A stretch of 63,964 nt of DNA, the filler included, from Octopus bimaculoides (Eukaryota), in the NCBI RefSeq assembly GCF_001194135.2. It is 8 parts of 6 records of this genome, joined end to end, with 100 filler letters (N's around TTAATTAATTAA, not from the genome) between each part and the next. Parts side by side here need not be neighbours in the genome. Positions count along the whole stretch, not along the records: positions 23,691 to 34,784 come from NC_068997.1; positions 34,885 to 45,516 come from NC_068985.1; 6 more parts are not named here. One strand, given 5' to 3'. Positions 26,866 to 38,979 of this stretch are shown here, piece by piece. Below the pieces are notes generated by a model. The model made no database searches. It saw only the letters and a program-made list of their open reading frames with translations, and was not told the origin of the DNA. The position numbers were made by a program, and so were the translations under genes. Position 1 is the first letter of the stretch; every line of letters begins with the position of its first letter.

Positions 26866-28158
26866 CGAGGGGCGTCTGAAAAGTTTTGAACCTAACCTAG
26901 AATTGGGGCTGCTATATAGTTGAAACATTTTTTTCTGGTAAGTACAGTCTTTTCGGAGTATTCTTGCTCATTTTCATGATTCTGATATTTTAATTTTATT
27001 TGCTGCAGATTTTTGAATAAACAAGCTTCGAATTTACAAGGAAAATGGAGAAAACTGAGTATCGTGCTGTCATAAAGTAGCTTCATTTGAAAGGCATGAC
27101 TCCATCAGAAATCCATGAAGATACGGTGAGAACCTTAACAGACAATGCTCCTTCATATGCAACAGTCAAACTCTGGGTAAATGAATTTAAGCGTGGCAGG
27201 GAGAGTGTGGAAGATGATCCCACACCAAGGAGACCTCCAACTGCAACCACTGAGGATAACATTGACCTTGCTCTTGGTATGATAATGCAAGATCGCCAAA
27301 TATCATGTCATCAGATAGCCGAGAGACTGGGCATCTCAACAGAAAGAGCAGATAACATTGTGACAAAAGAACTTGGGTTCTCAAAGGTTTCCGCAAGGTG
27401 GGATCCCTCGCCTTTTGACTCCTGAACAGAAACGTACCAGGTGCACTTTGTCCACGAGCAATCTGGAACTCTTTGAAGCCGATGAAGAGAATTTTCTTGC
27501 TCGTTTCATTACTATGGACGAAAGTTGGGTTCATCACTACCAGCCTGAAACCAAAGAACAATCAAAGCAGTGGAAGCACACATTTTCTCCTACCCCAAAG
27601 AAGGCCAGGGTCATTCCTTCAGCTGGTAAGGTCATGGCGTCTGTTTTTTGGGATTCTCAAGGTGTCTTGCTGATCGATTACCTTGAAAACGGTCACACCG
27701 TGACAGTGCTGTATTATTCTCAGCTACTGAAACGCCTCCGAGAAGCAATAAAAAAAAGGGGCCGGGAATGCTCACCAGAGGAGTCCTTTTTCATCACGAC
27801 AATGCTCCAGCCCACATCTCAGTGGTTGCCATGGCAACAATTCGTGATTGTGGATACGAACTTGTTCCCCACCCCCCTTATTCGCCAGACTTAGCCCTCT
27901 CCGACTTCCATCTATTTCCAAAAATGAAAAAAACCCTGGTTGGTCGCCATTTTGCCAGTGACAATAACGTCATAGACGCTGTAGGAAGTTTCTTGGCGTC
28001 CCAAACGAAAGAGCTCTTCTACGGCGGGATAATGGCGCTTCAGCACCGCTGGAGAAAGTGTTCAGCCATCGAGGGGGACTATGATGAAAAGTAAATCATC
28101 AGAAGTCTTGTACCATGTTTTGTTTTTTTGAGGCTCAAGACTTTTCAGACACCCCTCG
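26866..28158 (+). mobile_element. Full-length mariner (DD34D), irritans-like, 1293 bp
   Basis: 28-bp TIRs (CGAGGGGCGTCTGAAAAGTTTTGAACCT vs right end, 3 mismatches); TA on both sides (26864-65, 28159-60); contains transposase. Confidence 0.95.
27045..28094 (+). pseudogene. Mariner transposase with 3 lesions
   Basis: MEKTEYRAVIK* (TAG 27078); +1 A at 27403 in WVPRLL; -1 in the A-run near 27755. TMDESW, HHDNA and YSPDLALSD motifs present, with 34 residues between the 2nd and 3rd D. Confidence 0.93.
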
Positions 28159-28386
28159 TAGCCAATGGCGAAAATATTTCGTATAATTGGGTAATTTTCC
28201 CATTTCATCAAAGAATAGATTATCATCTGCTCAGATGACTGATACTCTGATTACAAGTCACTATTCTGGTTGTCCACGACAACAGTATCTGGCTAATTTG
28301 TCTTTAAGCTGTTATATCACAATTAAGTTTATAGCACTATATAAGTTGATATAAAACAGTTTTTCTTTTTACATCGCTTTATGTGA

Positions 28387-29289
28387 TTAATTTAGTTCAG
28401 TAGTTAATTCATGTGATACAGGGCTTGTTGGTTTTTTACATTTTGCTGAACATAATTTCCGAATACTTTGTCTTATTGTGGCATCAAAAAGCAACAAAAA
28501 TGGCACCACTACAAATCTTATCATATTTAATAAAAAGGGTAAATAATAAACAGGGTTTTTTATATTCGCATAAATTCCAATCAAAAAAATAATTTCTACT
28601 ATACAAGAGAGTACGATGAATGTCACAACAATGATCAAAGTTATTAAACGTGATTCTATGTTCTCACACTCTTTACTTTTCACTGCAATGTAAATGAATA
28701 GACCTACAAATACCAACATCGTAATAATATACAAAATTACTGTGCCAGAATAGATACAGAGGGAAACGAAATGTAAGAAAATAACACAGTGTTCACTTTC
28801 ATATTCCGAGGCCGCTAGAAGCAGTATTAAGTCTTCGATCCAGATGAAAACCCACAAAACAACTGTTAATATGATCTGGATATGTAGAAAACTGTGACTT
28901 TCATATTTGCTTGGTTTAAAGTATTTCACAATAAAATCACAGCAAATAGGAAGTATGAAATACAGAGCAGCGTCGTTAGTAACGGAAGTTAGTATAATAA
29001 TAAATAAGCAGGTAGACTGAGGTAAATCTGTAAATATATGAATATGTACGTTGTGGAAATAAAAGAACAAGGCAAACAGCGTGTAGTTAAACATATAGTT
29101 CAGTAATAAGAAAGCGCGTGTTTTCTCATAGGCTTTACGATCTAGAAAAATGGCAGTTGTTAACAATGCACTGAGCAGGAATATTACAATGGCCGCAACA
29201 GACGAAGATATATTCATCCAGGAAAATGAAATGATTTCGACGGTTTCAGTACCGTTCATATAGTCATAAGATACTTGATCGCCTTCCAT
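28387..29289 (-). CDS. Intronless divergent 7-TM class A (rhodopsin-like) orphan GPCR, 300 aa
   Basis: Uninterrupted 900-nt ORF in DNA where stops are otherwise frequent. Seven hydrophobic segments; N-terminal N-glycosylation sequons (NGT, NIS); Cys at top of TM3 (QSTC) and in ECL2 (SEHC); TM3 end ICCDFIVKYFKP aligns with the IAxDRYxAIxxP pattern; TM4 Trp; TM7 Pro (VVPFLLL); helix-8-like TIRQSIRKLC. In-frame TGA 8 codons upstream fixes the ATG. Confidence 0.88.
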   Translation of the reverse strand: MEGDQVSYDYMNGTETVEIISFSWMNISSSVAAIVIFLLSALLTTAIFLDRKAYEKTRAFLLLNYMFNYTLFALFFYFHNVHIHIFTDLPQSTCLFIIILTSVTNDAALYFILPICCDFIVKYFKPSKYESHSFLHIQIILTVVLWVFIWIEDLILLLAASEYESEHCVIFLHFVSLCIYSGTVILYIITMLVFVGLFIYIAVKSKECENIESRLITLIIVVTFIVLSCIVEIIFLIGIYANIKNPVYYLPFLLNMIRFVVVPFLLLFDATIRQSIRKLCSAKCKKPTSPVSHELTTELN

Positions 29290-29315
29290 GTTGCGTTGGC
29301 CAGAATTACTTCAAA

Positions 29316-29336
29316 CCTGAAAAAGAGAAAGATTTC
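29316..29336 (-). promoter_or_regulatory. Splice acceptor of a 5'UTR intron of the GPCR
   Basis: Minus strand reads tctttctctttttcag|GTTTGA: polypyrimidine tract plus CAG, 27 nt upstream of the ATG. Confidence 0.65.
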
Positions 29337-30786
29337 AATAAAAGAAAATGTATGAAATAATTTGCTTAAGAAATGTATTCTATTTCAGTTACGAGACCCA
29401 GTTTCACTTCGTAGTTAGGAGATTTTGAGCGAGGTTTTTAGTGTTCCATATAACTTATAGATATAAAATCTTTATTATCTTTTTCACATCCCTCATTTCC
29501 TAAATCCCTGTTAAAATATTATTTAGCGATTTCTGTGAAATAAAAAGTATTTCTATTAGATTCAAAACTCTGTTTCCAGTGACTGTGGTTGGAACAGTTC
29601 CAGTTGTGTTTCTAGTCTGCTACAGATATGTTGATATTCACAAATTTATAATCTCCCATTCGTTATATTTTTGAATCGTGGTGGTGTGTTTATTGAAAAC
29701 GAGAAGCATCGAATCCGAAATGGAATATTAGTGAAGACAGAATAATAAAACTGAACATAGCTATATAACTTCGAGTCAGATCGGATTCAGTCGTGAATAT
29801 CTCGTCTTTTTTAGTACTATATCTAGGACTCCATTATTCATTTACCGTTGAGAAAGTAAATATAGTTACTATCAACATAAACGATGAAAATTTTACATAT
29901 ATATATATATATAAATGAGAAAAGGAAGAAAATGGAGAACTTGACAGACAGACATTAGTTTATTCAAAGATATTCAAATCCATATGATGAAATTCTTGTC
30001 CTATAGCCATTTCCATATTCAATTAGTTCAATTACAGAAATTAATTTAATTTAATTTAATTTAATTTNNNNNNNNNNNNNNNNNNNNNNNNNNNNNNNNN
30101 NNNNNNNNNNNNNNNNNNNNNNNNNNNNNNNNNNNNNNNNNNNNNNNNNNNNNNNNNNNNNNNNNNNNNNNNNNNNNNNNNNNNNNNNNNNNNNNNNNNN
30201 NNNNNNNNNNNNNNNNNNNNNNNNNNNNNNNNNNNNNNNNNNNNNNNNNNNNNNNNNNNNNNNNNNNNNNNNNNNNNNNNNNNNNNNNNNNNNNNNNNNN
30301 NNNNNNNNNNNNNNNNNNNNNNNNNNNNNNNNNNNNNNNNNNNNNNNNNNNNNNNNNNNNNNNNNNNNNNNNNNNNNNNNNNNNNNNNNNNNNNNNNNNN
30401 NNNNNNNNNNNNNNNNNNNNNNNNNNNNNNNNNNNNNNNNNNNNNNNNNNNNNNNNNNNNNNNNNNNNNNNNNNNNNNNNNNNNNNNNNNNNNNNNNNNN
30501 NNNNNNNNNNNNNNNNNNNNNNNNNNNNNNNNNNNNNNNNNNNNNNNNNNNNNNNNNNNNNNNNNNNNNNNNNNNNNNNNNNNNNNNNNNNNNNNNNNNN
30601 NNNNNNNNNNNNNNNNNNNNNNNNNNNNNNTATATATATATTATATATATATACCCTTTAAGTTCGTTTACAAGAAACGTTTTTGAATATGCATATGATA
30701 GCTCCTATTTTATTATGTTGGCTACAGCCTAGTGATACCAACTGGTAATAGAAGTGTCTTGAGGTTGTACCGAGCTGTGCTGATAT

Positions 30787-30851
<65 letters not shown>

Positions 30852-30852
<1 letters not shown>

Positions 30853-31222
30853 GCAAGAGCACTCAGAGAGTGCAAACCTCCGTCAAGGCAACGCCAACGT
30901 CCTCTCAACGATTAACCGGAGATAATTTTTTAAATGAGAATATCTGAAATAAACTCGACTGCTCTCACAATCAAGAATACTAAAACTGAACCCGACCGCT
31001 CTCAGAAATTAAAAAAAAACGGAAAATAATCCAGAATCATTGTCCGGTACCGGATCGATCTCAAAATCTAATAAGTTCGTGCCAGTCACGAGAGCAAACA
31101 TCCTTGAAAGTTTCATCCGAATCCATTCAGCAGTTCTTGAGATATCTTGTCCACGGACAAACAAACAAGTAAACAAACATGACTGAAAACAATACCTCCA
31201 TCTTCGCTAAAGCGGAGGTAAT
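30852..31222 (-). mobile_element. Helentron-associated non-autonomous element (DINE/HINE-like)
   Basis: Minus strand: 5' ACCTCCGC with adjacent partial inverted GGAGGT; GTTT/GTCC microsatellite; core ATCTCAAGAACTGCTGAATGGATTCGGATGAAACTTTC; 3' subterminal GACGGAGGT then hairpin GCACTC-tct-GAGTGC. Inserted in an AAT tract. Confidence 0.75.
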
Positions 31223-31246
31223 AATAATCTATGGATAGAATTTATA

Positions 31247-31484
31247 AATTTATAAAGATTTTAATGCATCGCAACGCGCGTTTCCACATAACACATGTTA
31301 CTTACAATCAAAGTCTGTAGTCTTGGGATGATTACAGTTTTGTCCATAGTATTCATGGACATCGGGGGGATCATATTCATGCGTTTATTTCGTCAGGTGA
31401 TATGGCATTAACACGATCTATGAGCATAAGAAACATGTGATTTGTGGAAACGCGCGTAACGATGTATTAAAATATTTACAAATT
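31247..31484. mobile_element. Foldback/MITE with ~58-bp inverted arms
   Basis: Arms 31247-31304 and 31427-31484, about 85% identical, core AACGCGCGTTTCCACA. Confidence 0.7.
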
Positions 31485-32239
31485 CCATTCGTTGACATAT
31501 ATTATTTTAATTCAGTCAGCATCTTACATCTCAGTTTCACTTGTAGGCACACAGACAAGTTGTGACAGTAAAATTGATAGAGTTAAGACATTTATATATA
31601 GTTATGGTTTTTTTGTTACAGAGTGTGATGGTGGGTAGAATGTATTACGAAGAGGGAAAGGATGAAAACAGGAGGGAAGAAGAGAAGAGAAAAATGGGAA
31701 AAGCTGGAAAATGAGGAAGAGAGAGAAGATTACTAAAAAAAAAAAAAGCAGGAAAAAGTTGGAAGAAACAAGAAAACATGCAGTTGGACGGGCGGGACTA
31801 GAAAAAACGCTGCATATGGAAGGAAATTTGGGTAAAATATGTCAGGTAAGTAAAATAAGATACAATGAAAGAAAGCGAGGAAGATGAGTAGAACAAATGA
31901 AAGGGTTAAGTGTGCAATATCGAGTTTCAGGAATGATAACAAAGGTACTGAACATAAGTAACAACATGTGGCCTACACATATATTATGAATAAAGAGGGA
32001 TTGATGGCAAATGTAGTAGTAATGTGAAGTGTATATGTACTTTTACTTTTAGCAGTTCCGATAGTAGCAATTGGGATAATAATGAAGTAATAAAAAGGAA
32101 GGGATAATGATTGTTTGGTAATATTGGGGTGGGTAGTAATTATTATGGGAAGGATAGAGATGAGGCCCTGTGACTAGAAATTTGCGTGCAGGGTTACTGC
32201 TACCCTGTAAATAGAATTCGTCTGGGAAGGAGCGTGTTT

Positions 32240-32750
32240 AAATACTTGTTGACTGAATTTCCTTTCATGTAGGCAGGGGAAAATGTTTTTTCTCATGAGT
32301 TTAGGTGCAGACAAGATGTGCAGTTTTTCGGTTACACAGAGATTACATCTTGTACCCCGTCCATTATAGGCACTTGCTTTAGCTAAAATTTTCCACTTAA
32401 TGGTAGGATTGTTTATATGGTTGTCCTTCTACTATTGTTACGAATTGTATATAGGTGTGCAAAACAACCCTTAAAGGGCTTTGCTGTGATCTGTATACAT
32501 GATTTTACGGGGTCTCCATCATTCTGAACTTCGGTCTTATAGACGAGCTCTTTCGAGAGGCACTTATCTAGTGAACTGGTTTAGCATGTGCAGTTTCCTT
32601 ATTGTGACCCTATATTTCCGAGGCAGTTCTAGTTAACCATGCCCATGTGCTTATTGAATATTTTGTGGTATTTGTGTTGACTGGGGAAGTGCATTCTTAT
32701 AAGATAGAGTAGAAAGGTCCAGCGATATTGTTTAATGCATTGATACTGAA
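32240..32750 (-). mobile_element. Penelope-like retroelement fragment (linker plus GIY-YIG endonuclease)
   Basis: Degenerate translation HFPSQHKYHKIFNK...LDKCLSKELVYK...IKWKILAKASAY...RCNLCVTEKLHIL...CLHERKF. Confidence 0.85.
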
Positions 32751-33618
32751 TTTTTTTGTTTGTTTTGTTTTTGAAACATGAAACGAAAGTTTAAAGGAAA
32801 CGCTTATCCATATGTTCTTTCGTTTAAAAATCTTTGTGAACGACACGTGCACAAATGGCTGCCTCAGGCTCATGCTTTTGATTTTATTTTATAACTGTAA
32901 GTTATAATGTGTTCGCGGGTGTTCCTTTGGCATGTATCCTTGCAGACCCATATACGCATAAATACACATATATATACACCGAATTATGTCAGATGAACGC
33001 ACGTGCGTGCATTCAACTGACAGAAAGATAGGAGTAAGAATTTTATGATAGAGCAACCGAAGAAAAACCGGCTAGATGCATTTCCATCGGTCTGTAGTAG
33101 TCAAGTGGAGTCCTGCGGAATACAGTAGTGGCGTTGAGGGTGTGTTGTTTATTTCCACTAGAGTTTAACTTGTAACTAAAGGATCCAAATTACTAATGCA
33201 ATGAAAGAAAGCAGAGGAGTTGATGCATTCCTTGAAGTAAACGAACTTAAATTGTCTGAATTTGTATATATTATACGTGGAATTTTCGTATTTCTATAGG
33301 CATCCTAAAGTATTCTTTCTCAATCATTATTAAAAGCTATTACATCGTTCAGTGCTCGTCCACAGGAAACCTGTATCTTTGAGCATTCTTAAACTTTGCA
33401 GTCAGTTAGATCATGCATCACTGATGAAGGCTAATAAGGAAGAAACCAAATTTGAAAAAAAAAAAACGCTCGTGAAATATTCCTCAACCCAATATGTACC
33501 AATGTGTATATTTGACAAACAAATTATGGCACAAGTGATTCCATATTGTTGTTTGAGGCAACGAAATGTATAAACAATAAAAATATGATTTGTTGTAGAG
33601 TAGAGGGGTAAGTCAGTA

Positions 33619-33642
33619 GCCAATATGACGTCATTGACGTAA
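33619..33642. promoter_or_regulatory. Candidate CCAAT plus tandem CRE motif cluster
   Basis: GCCAAT-A-TGACGTCA-T-TGACGTAA in non-repetitive DNA; motif match only. Confidence 0.25.
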
Positions 33643-33848
33643 AACGAATATTCGAAAAAGAGTAAATATATTGGACCACTGCTGAGGAATTTAGAAAAAA
33701 GAATACCGTTGGGGGCATCCAAAAATGAACCAGCCCACCGACCCACCTCGACTAAAATAAGGTATGACTTGTATTCTTCGAGAAGGAACAGAGACATTTG
33801 CCTGACATTGAAAGTTTAAAGAAGAATGGGTAGAATAAATATTTTTTA

Positions 33849-34276
33849 TCTTTCACTTGTTTCTGTCATTAGACTGCGACCATGCTGAGGCACCGTCTTG
33901 GAAAATTTATAAGTCGAATGAATCGACCCCAGTATTTATATTTTAAAGCTTGGCACTTATTCTATCGATCTCTTGCCGAATCACTAGTTTACGGGGACGT
34001 AAAACACAAGCATCGGTTGTTAATTGCTGGTGGCGGACAAACACAGGCATAAATACATACACACACGTAAGCACGCACGCATGCACACTCCCACACTCAC
34101 CAACACACACACACACACACACACTCGCGCGCACACACACATACGACAGGCTTCCTTTAAATTTCGTCTACCAAATCCACTCAAAGGCTTTGGTCGATCT
34201 GAGGCTATAGTGACACTGAACCCTGAATCATGTGGTTGGGATGCAAGCTTCTTCCCATACATGCACGCCTGCACCT
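33849..34276 (-). mobile_element. Composite family-A SINE
   Basis: Head (CAAATCCACTCA..GGCTTTGGTC), (CA)n, tail. Confidence 0.85.
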
Positions 34277-34745
34277 ATAATAAAAAAAAATAATGGAACG
34301 AACAACAAAAAAAAAAAACACAAGAACAAACATACAAAGCAGACGCCGTTTTTATTGCATTTTATTTTTGCTTAATGGTATATAGAAATATGTGTGTTAT
34401 ATAGAAATATAAGTGTACATTTGTGTTCTTTCATTATTTCACTTCTTTTAGTTATTGGACTGCGACCATACTGTGGCACCGCATCGATGCCAGTACTCAT
34501 TATAAATCTGTTAGTTATTCGATGGTTCTCGTTTTACCGAATGTGAACAAAAGTACCCCGGTTTCCATGCAATGACGGCAGTACAAACATGAACACAAGA
34601 GAGAGCCTGCCCGTGCATGTACACACATACACTCACACACGAAAGCGCATTTATATTTTTTACAAACTTGCTACCCAGCATGCGACCTGTCATATCAAAG
34701 ACTCTAAGAGAAAAACTACACAGACAGCTAAATACATATATACAT

Positions 34746-34784
<39 letters not shown>

Positions 34785-34884
34785 NNNNNNNNNNNNNNNN
34801 NNNNNNNNNNNNNNNNNNNNNNNNNNNNTTAATTAATTAANNNNNNNNNNNNNNNNNNNNNNNNNNNNNNNNNNNNNNNNNNNN

Positions 34885-34925
<41 letters not shown>

Positions 34926-35149
34926 TACACATACACATACACAACGGGCTTCTTTCAGTTTCCATCTACCAAATCCACTCACAAGGCTTTGGTCAGCTCG
35001 AAGCTATCGTAGAAGACACTTGCCCAAAGTGCCACGCAGTAGGACTGAACCTAGAACCATGTGGTTGGGAAGTAAGCTTCTTACCACACAGCCACTCCTG
35101 CACCTATAACAACAACAGCAACAACAACAACAACAACAACAACAATAAT

Positions 35150-35365
35150 TTGTTCTTCTATAGGTACAAGGGCTGAAATTTGTGGTGCGGGTGCTAGTTG
35201 ATTATATCAATCCCAGTGCTCAGCTGGTACTTATTTCATTGACCCTGAAAAGACGAAAGGCACAGTCAACCTTGGTGGAATTTGAACTCAGAATGTAAAG
35301 ACAGACAAAATGCTGCAAAGCATTTTGTTCAGTATGCTAACGATTCAGCCAGGTCACTGCCTTAA
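35150..35365 (-). mobile_element. Family-B SINE, CpG-decayed
   Basis: Homology to the 13173 copy with nearly all CpGs changed to TpG/CpA. Confidence 0.85.
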
Positions 35366-36702
35366 AGATAATAATAACAACAACAACAACAACTAAATAT
35401 GAACAATAAAATGTAAAAAATGTAAAGTACTACTAATATCAAAAGCAATAATTAGAAAAAGAGGATAAAAGGGAAAAATCTTAGAAGAAGATAGTAGTGG
35501 GTAAAGAAAGTTATCTCCATCTATATCTAATTAACCATTTTCTCTCAGAAAATGCCAGAATGTTAATTTTGATTTATGCTTACAATTTACTATTAATTCA
35601 TTGCATCTCTTTAATATACTTTCCTTATTAACTAATAGAATTTTCAAGGCCTCTCTTAGACAGATTGCAAGTTCTTCCATCACACTGGTAAAGTTTTACT
35701 GTGGCTACAGTAGACCAGTTAACGTAATAACTGTGTTCTTATATTTCAAGGAAGTATTTGGCTAGCAATATGGATAATTTTAATTTTTCACTAGTAAAGG
35801 TATGCCTATGGATGGAAATTCTTTTCTTGACCAGATTAGTAGTCAATCTGATTTAAAAGCAAGTACTATTATCCATGTTAACAAATCACTTGTACACCAT
35901 ATTCTCATGGACTCAATCCCAGACAGCCCTTCTTAAATTTACAATTATATTTACACTATAGAATTCGATTAATTGTTTAGAAAATATATTACTTATGTTA
36001 AGTAGTTTAGGTGCAATCAAACAGTTGACTTGTTTACTTACTATGTTACTAGAAATAGTCAGTGTTAGGGTATCAATTTCAGTATTACCCCTGTTTTTAG
36101 TACTGTTAAAAACACCAGTCTAAAGTTTCTTCTTCAGTCTTTCAAGCTGGAATTTAGATTTAGGCTGAAAATAATGAGAATCCATATTACATAGTTTACT
36201 AAGTAATGGTAATTCACTAAAATTCATTTTAAATTTTAAACCTATTAAGTGCTGCTATAGTTGCTTCCTGGTTAGTGATAGCAGGATATGGAAGTTTAAA
36301 AGTTTTCTCATTAAAAATTCTTTTGGAATGGGAGTTTTGATATTACTGGCAAAGAGAGAATTTACAAGGAAACTTTATTTTTTGTATGTTTTTTTTGTAC
36401 TACTTTTAATTAACTGGACATTTCCCATGGTTTCATTTCCAAGTAGTAATGTCAACATTTTGGAAATTACCTTCTCTAGTGTACTTATCCCTGGCTAATT
36501 CATTTTGCATGTAACTGCTCTTATCCTCAATGACATAAGTACCATCTCCAGTTCTTGTAGATTTCGTTAGGTCAATGGTATTAAAGTTAGTCCTTTTACA
36601 ACCTCTTACTTGTCTTCTTACTGCCAGTTATATTCCGAGTATTCACAGAATTCTTATTACTGTTATGTTAATATGAAGTGCTTTTTTTAAACTTCATGTT
36701 AT

Positions 36703-37090
36703 CATCATCATCATCATCATCATCGTTTAACGTCCGCTTTCCATGCTAGCATGGGTTGGACGATTTGACTGAGGACTGGTGAAACCGGATGGCAACACCA
36801 GGCTCCAGTCTGATTTGGCAGAGTTTCTACAGCTGGATGCCCTTCCTAACGCCAACCACTCAGAGAGTGTAGTGGGTGCTTTTACGTGTCACCCGCACGA
36901 AAACGGCCACGCTCGAAATGGTGTCTTTTATGTGCCACCCGCACAAGCCAGTCCAGGGGCACTGGCAACGATCTCGCTCGAAAATCCTACAGGAGCCAGT
37001 CAGGCGGTACTGGCAACGGCCACGCTCAAAATGGTGCATCTCATGTGCCACCCGCACAAGAACCAGTCCAGGGGCACTGGCAACGATCTT
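36703..37090 (-). mobile_element. SINE with RTE-like tail, (GAT)n end and internal tandem hairpin units (family E), CpG-intact
   Basis: Minus strand GGTTGGCGTTAGGAAGGGCATCCAGCTGTAG...AAACGATGATGATG. Confidence 0.85.
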
Positions 37091-37354
37091 ATCAACGATG
37101 TTATCATAGTAAGAAATCATCTCCTTATTGCCACTGCATTTAAGGGCCTCATTATGATATTCAACATTATTTCTAAATATCCTACTACAAGTGGAAAAGT
37201 CAGAAATCCTTATAGAAATATTCCCAAACTATCCATAGTTGAATTTGAATGGTAGGATGATGACGATGATGGTAATGATGATGACGATGATGGTAATGAT
37301 GATGACGACAACGATGATAACAATGGTGACAGTGATGATGATGACGTTTATGAC

Positions 37355-37390
<36 letters not shown>

Positions 37391-37884
37391 TATCATCATC
37401 ATCATTGTCATTTAATGTCCATGCATGCATGGATCAGGTAGAATTTGTCAAGGCAGTTTTCTTTGGTTGTATGCCCTTCTTGCCATCAACTCTCACCTGT
37501 TTCCAAGAAAGGTAATATCTCTCTATGATCAGATATGTTTTTTGGGGAAGATTGGAAATGATGGACACCACTTGCATGATGGCGACATCCATTCACAGCT
37601 ATCACATGAAATCAAAGCGAGAAGACAGTAACATACATACGAGTACATGCACACATAAACACACATACACTCACACATACATACAAACATACACACATCT
37701 CTCTTTCATACATTAATTAAGAGCACATGTTTGAAAACGTTAATTGACAGTGCTAACACACGAGGAAAAAAACTTCTTCCACAAAAGGTTAGTAACATCC
37801 TCATAAAAGATTTAATAATTTTAAAAAAAATAAAAGAAATTCCCTTTATACTTAAAAACTGTATTAAGTAATTTTCACAAAGAC

Positions 37885-37993
<109 letters not shown>

Positions 37994-38759
37994 TGTATGT
38001 ATGTATGTGTGTGTGTGTATGTATGTATATAATATATACACACGATAGGCTTCCTTCAGTTTCCATCTACCAGATCCACTCACAAGGTTTTGGTTGACCC
38101 AGAGCTGTAGTAGAAGACACTTTTCAAAAGTTCCATACAATGGGACTGAATGCAGAACCATGTGGTTTTGGGTTCAGTATGTGTATATAATGTAAGTTCT
38201 TGTTTGGCTTATGGTAAGGTTAGTAACTATTAGAGTTAAGATCTAGCATTAAATCTAGAAAATTCATGGATTTGACTCCTTTTTCAGACAGATAGGTAAG
38301 TTAAAATTTCAAAAGAACTTATGTATTTATTTCCTTAGAAAGAAGGAGAATAATTATGAACAGTTAGAATTGGATGAATTCATGATTATATCATATTCAT
38401 CATCTCTAACATCTCTAGACTAAAGCTTCCCTTTGGAAACATATCAAAGTTCTTCTAACCATGAGTATAATGTTTACTTCATTGTTACTCATTTCTATAA
38501 TTTTCTTAGCAAAAATTATGGTTTTTATTTAATGAAATTAATCGTAATTATATCAAACTGGAGAAAAAACAATTTACTTTTATTAGTAGATTTACAAAAC
38601 CAGTTAATTATCTAATCCAAGTTATCATGCTGATCTAAATCAATATACTCCTTAAGAACAGATATCAGTCTATCTTGTATCACCTTTACTAACTTTACAT
38701 ATATCAGACTTAGAAGAATATTGTATAATAAATTTCTCTAACAAGTCAAAATCCTTTAA

Positions 38760-38979
38760 CCCTTTAGCATTCAGATTACTTTGTCAAATGTAATGCTTAT
38801 TCATTGACATTGTTTTGAATTAATCATACATTATCTTATAGCTTTGAGAATTCAATGATGCAATTGTATATTTTTGGAATGACATTGTGTGGTGGGTGTG
38901 AAGTATTGGATCTGGCCACTTTCAACATAAAAAAGGCAGAATATTTCAGCCAGATGTGGTTGGTTTAAATACTAAAGGG
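38760..38979. mobile_element. piggyBac-like MITE, 220 bp
   Basis: TTAA|CCCTTTAGCATT ... AATACTAAAGGG|TTAG: 12-bp TIR with 1 mismatch, TTAA-type target. Confidence 0.75.

Noticed and set aside
36870-37090. CRISPR-like array of palindromic repeats (also 43600-43880)
   Set aside because: Units are contiguous diverged tandem copies inside a SINE, with no unique spacers and no cas genes.
36779-37255. 158-aa ORF (also 41181-41642)
   Set aside because: Lies in antisense SINE tail and tandem units; GC-richer repeat DNA with few stops.
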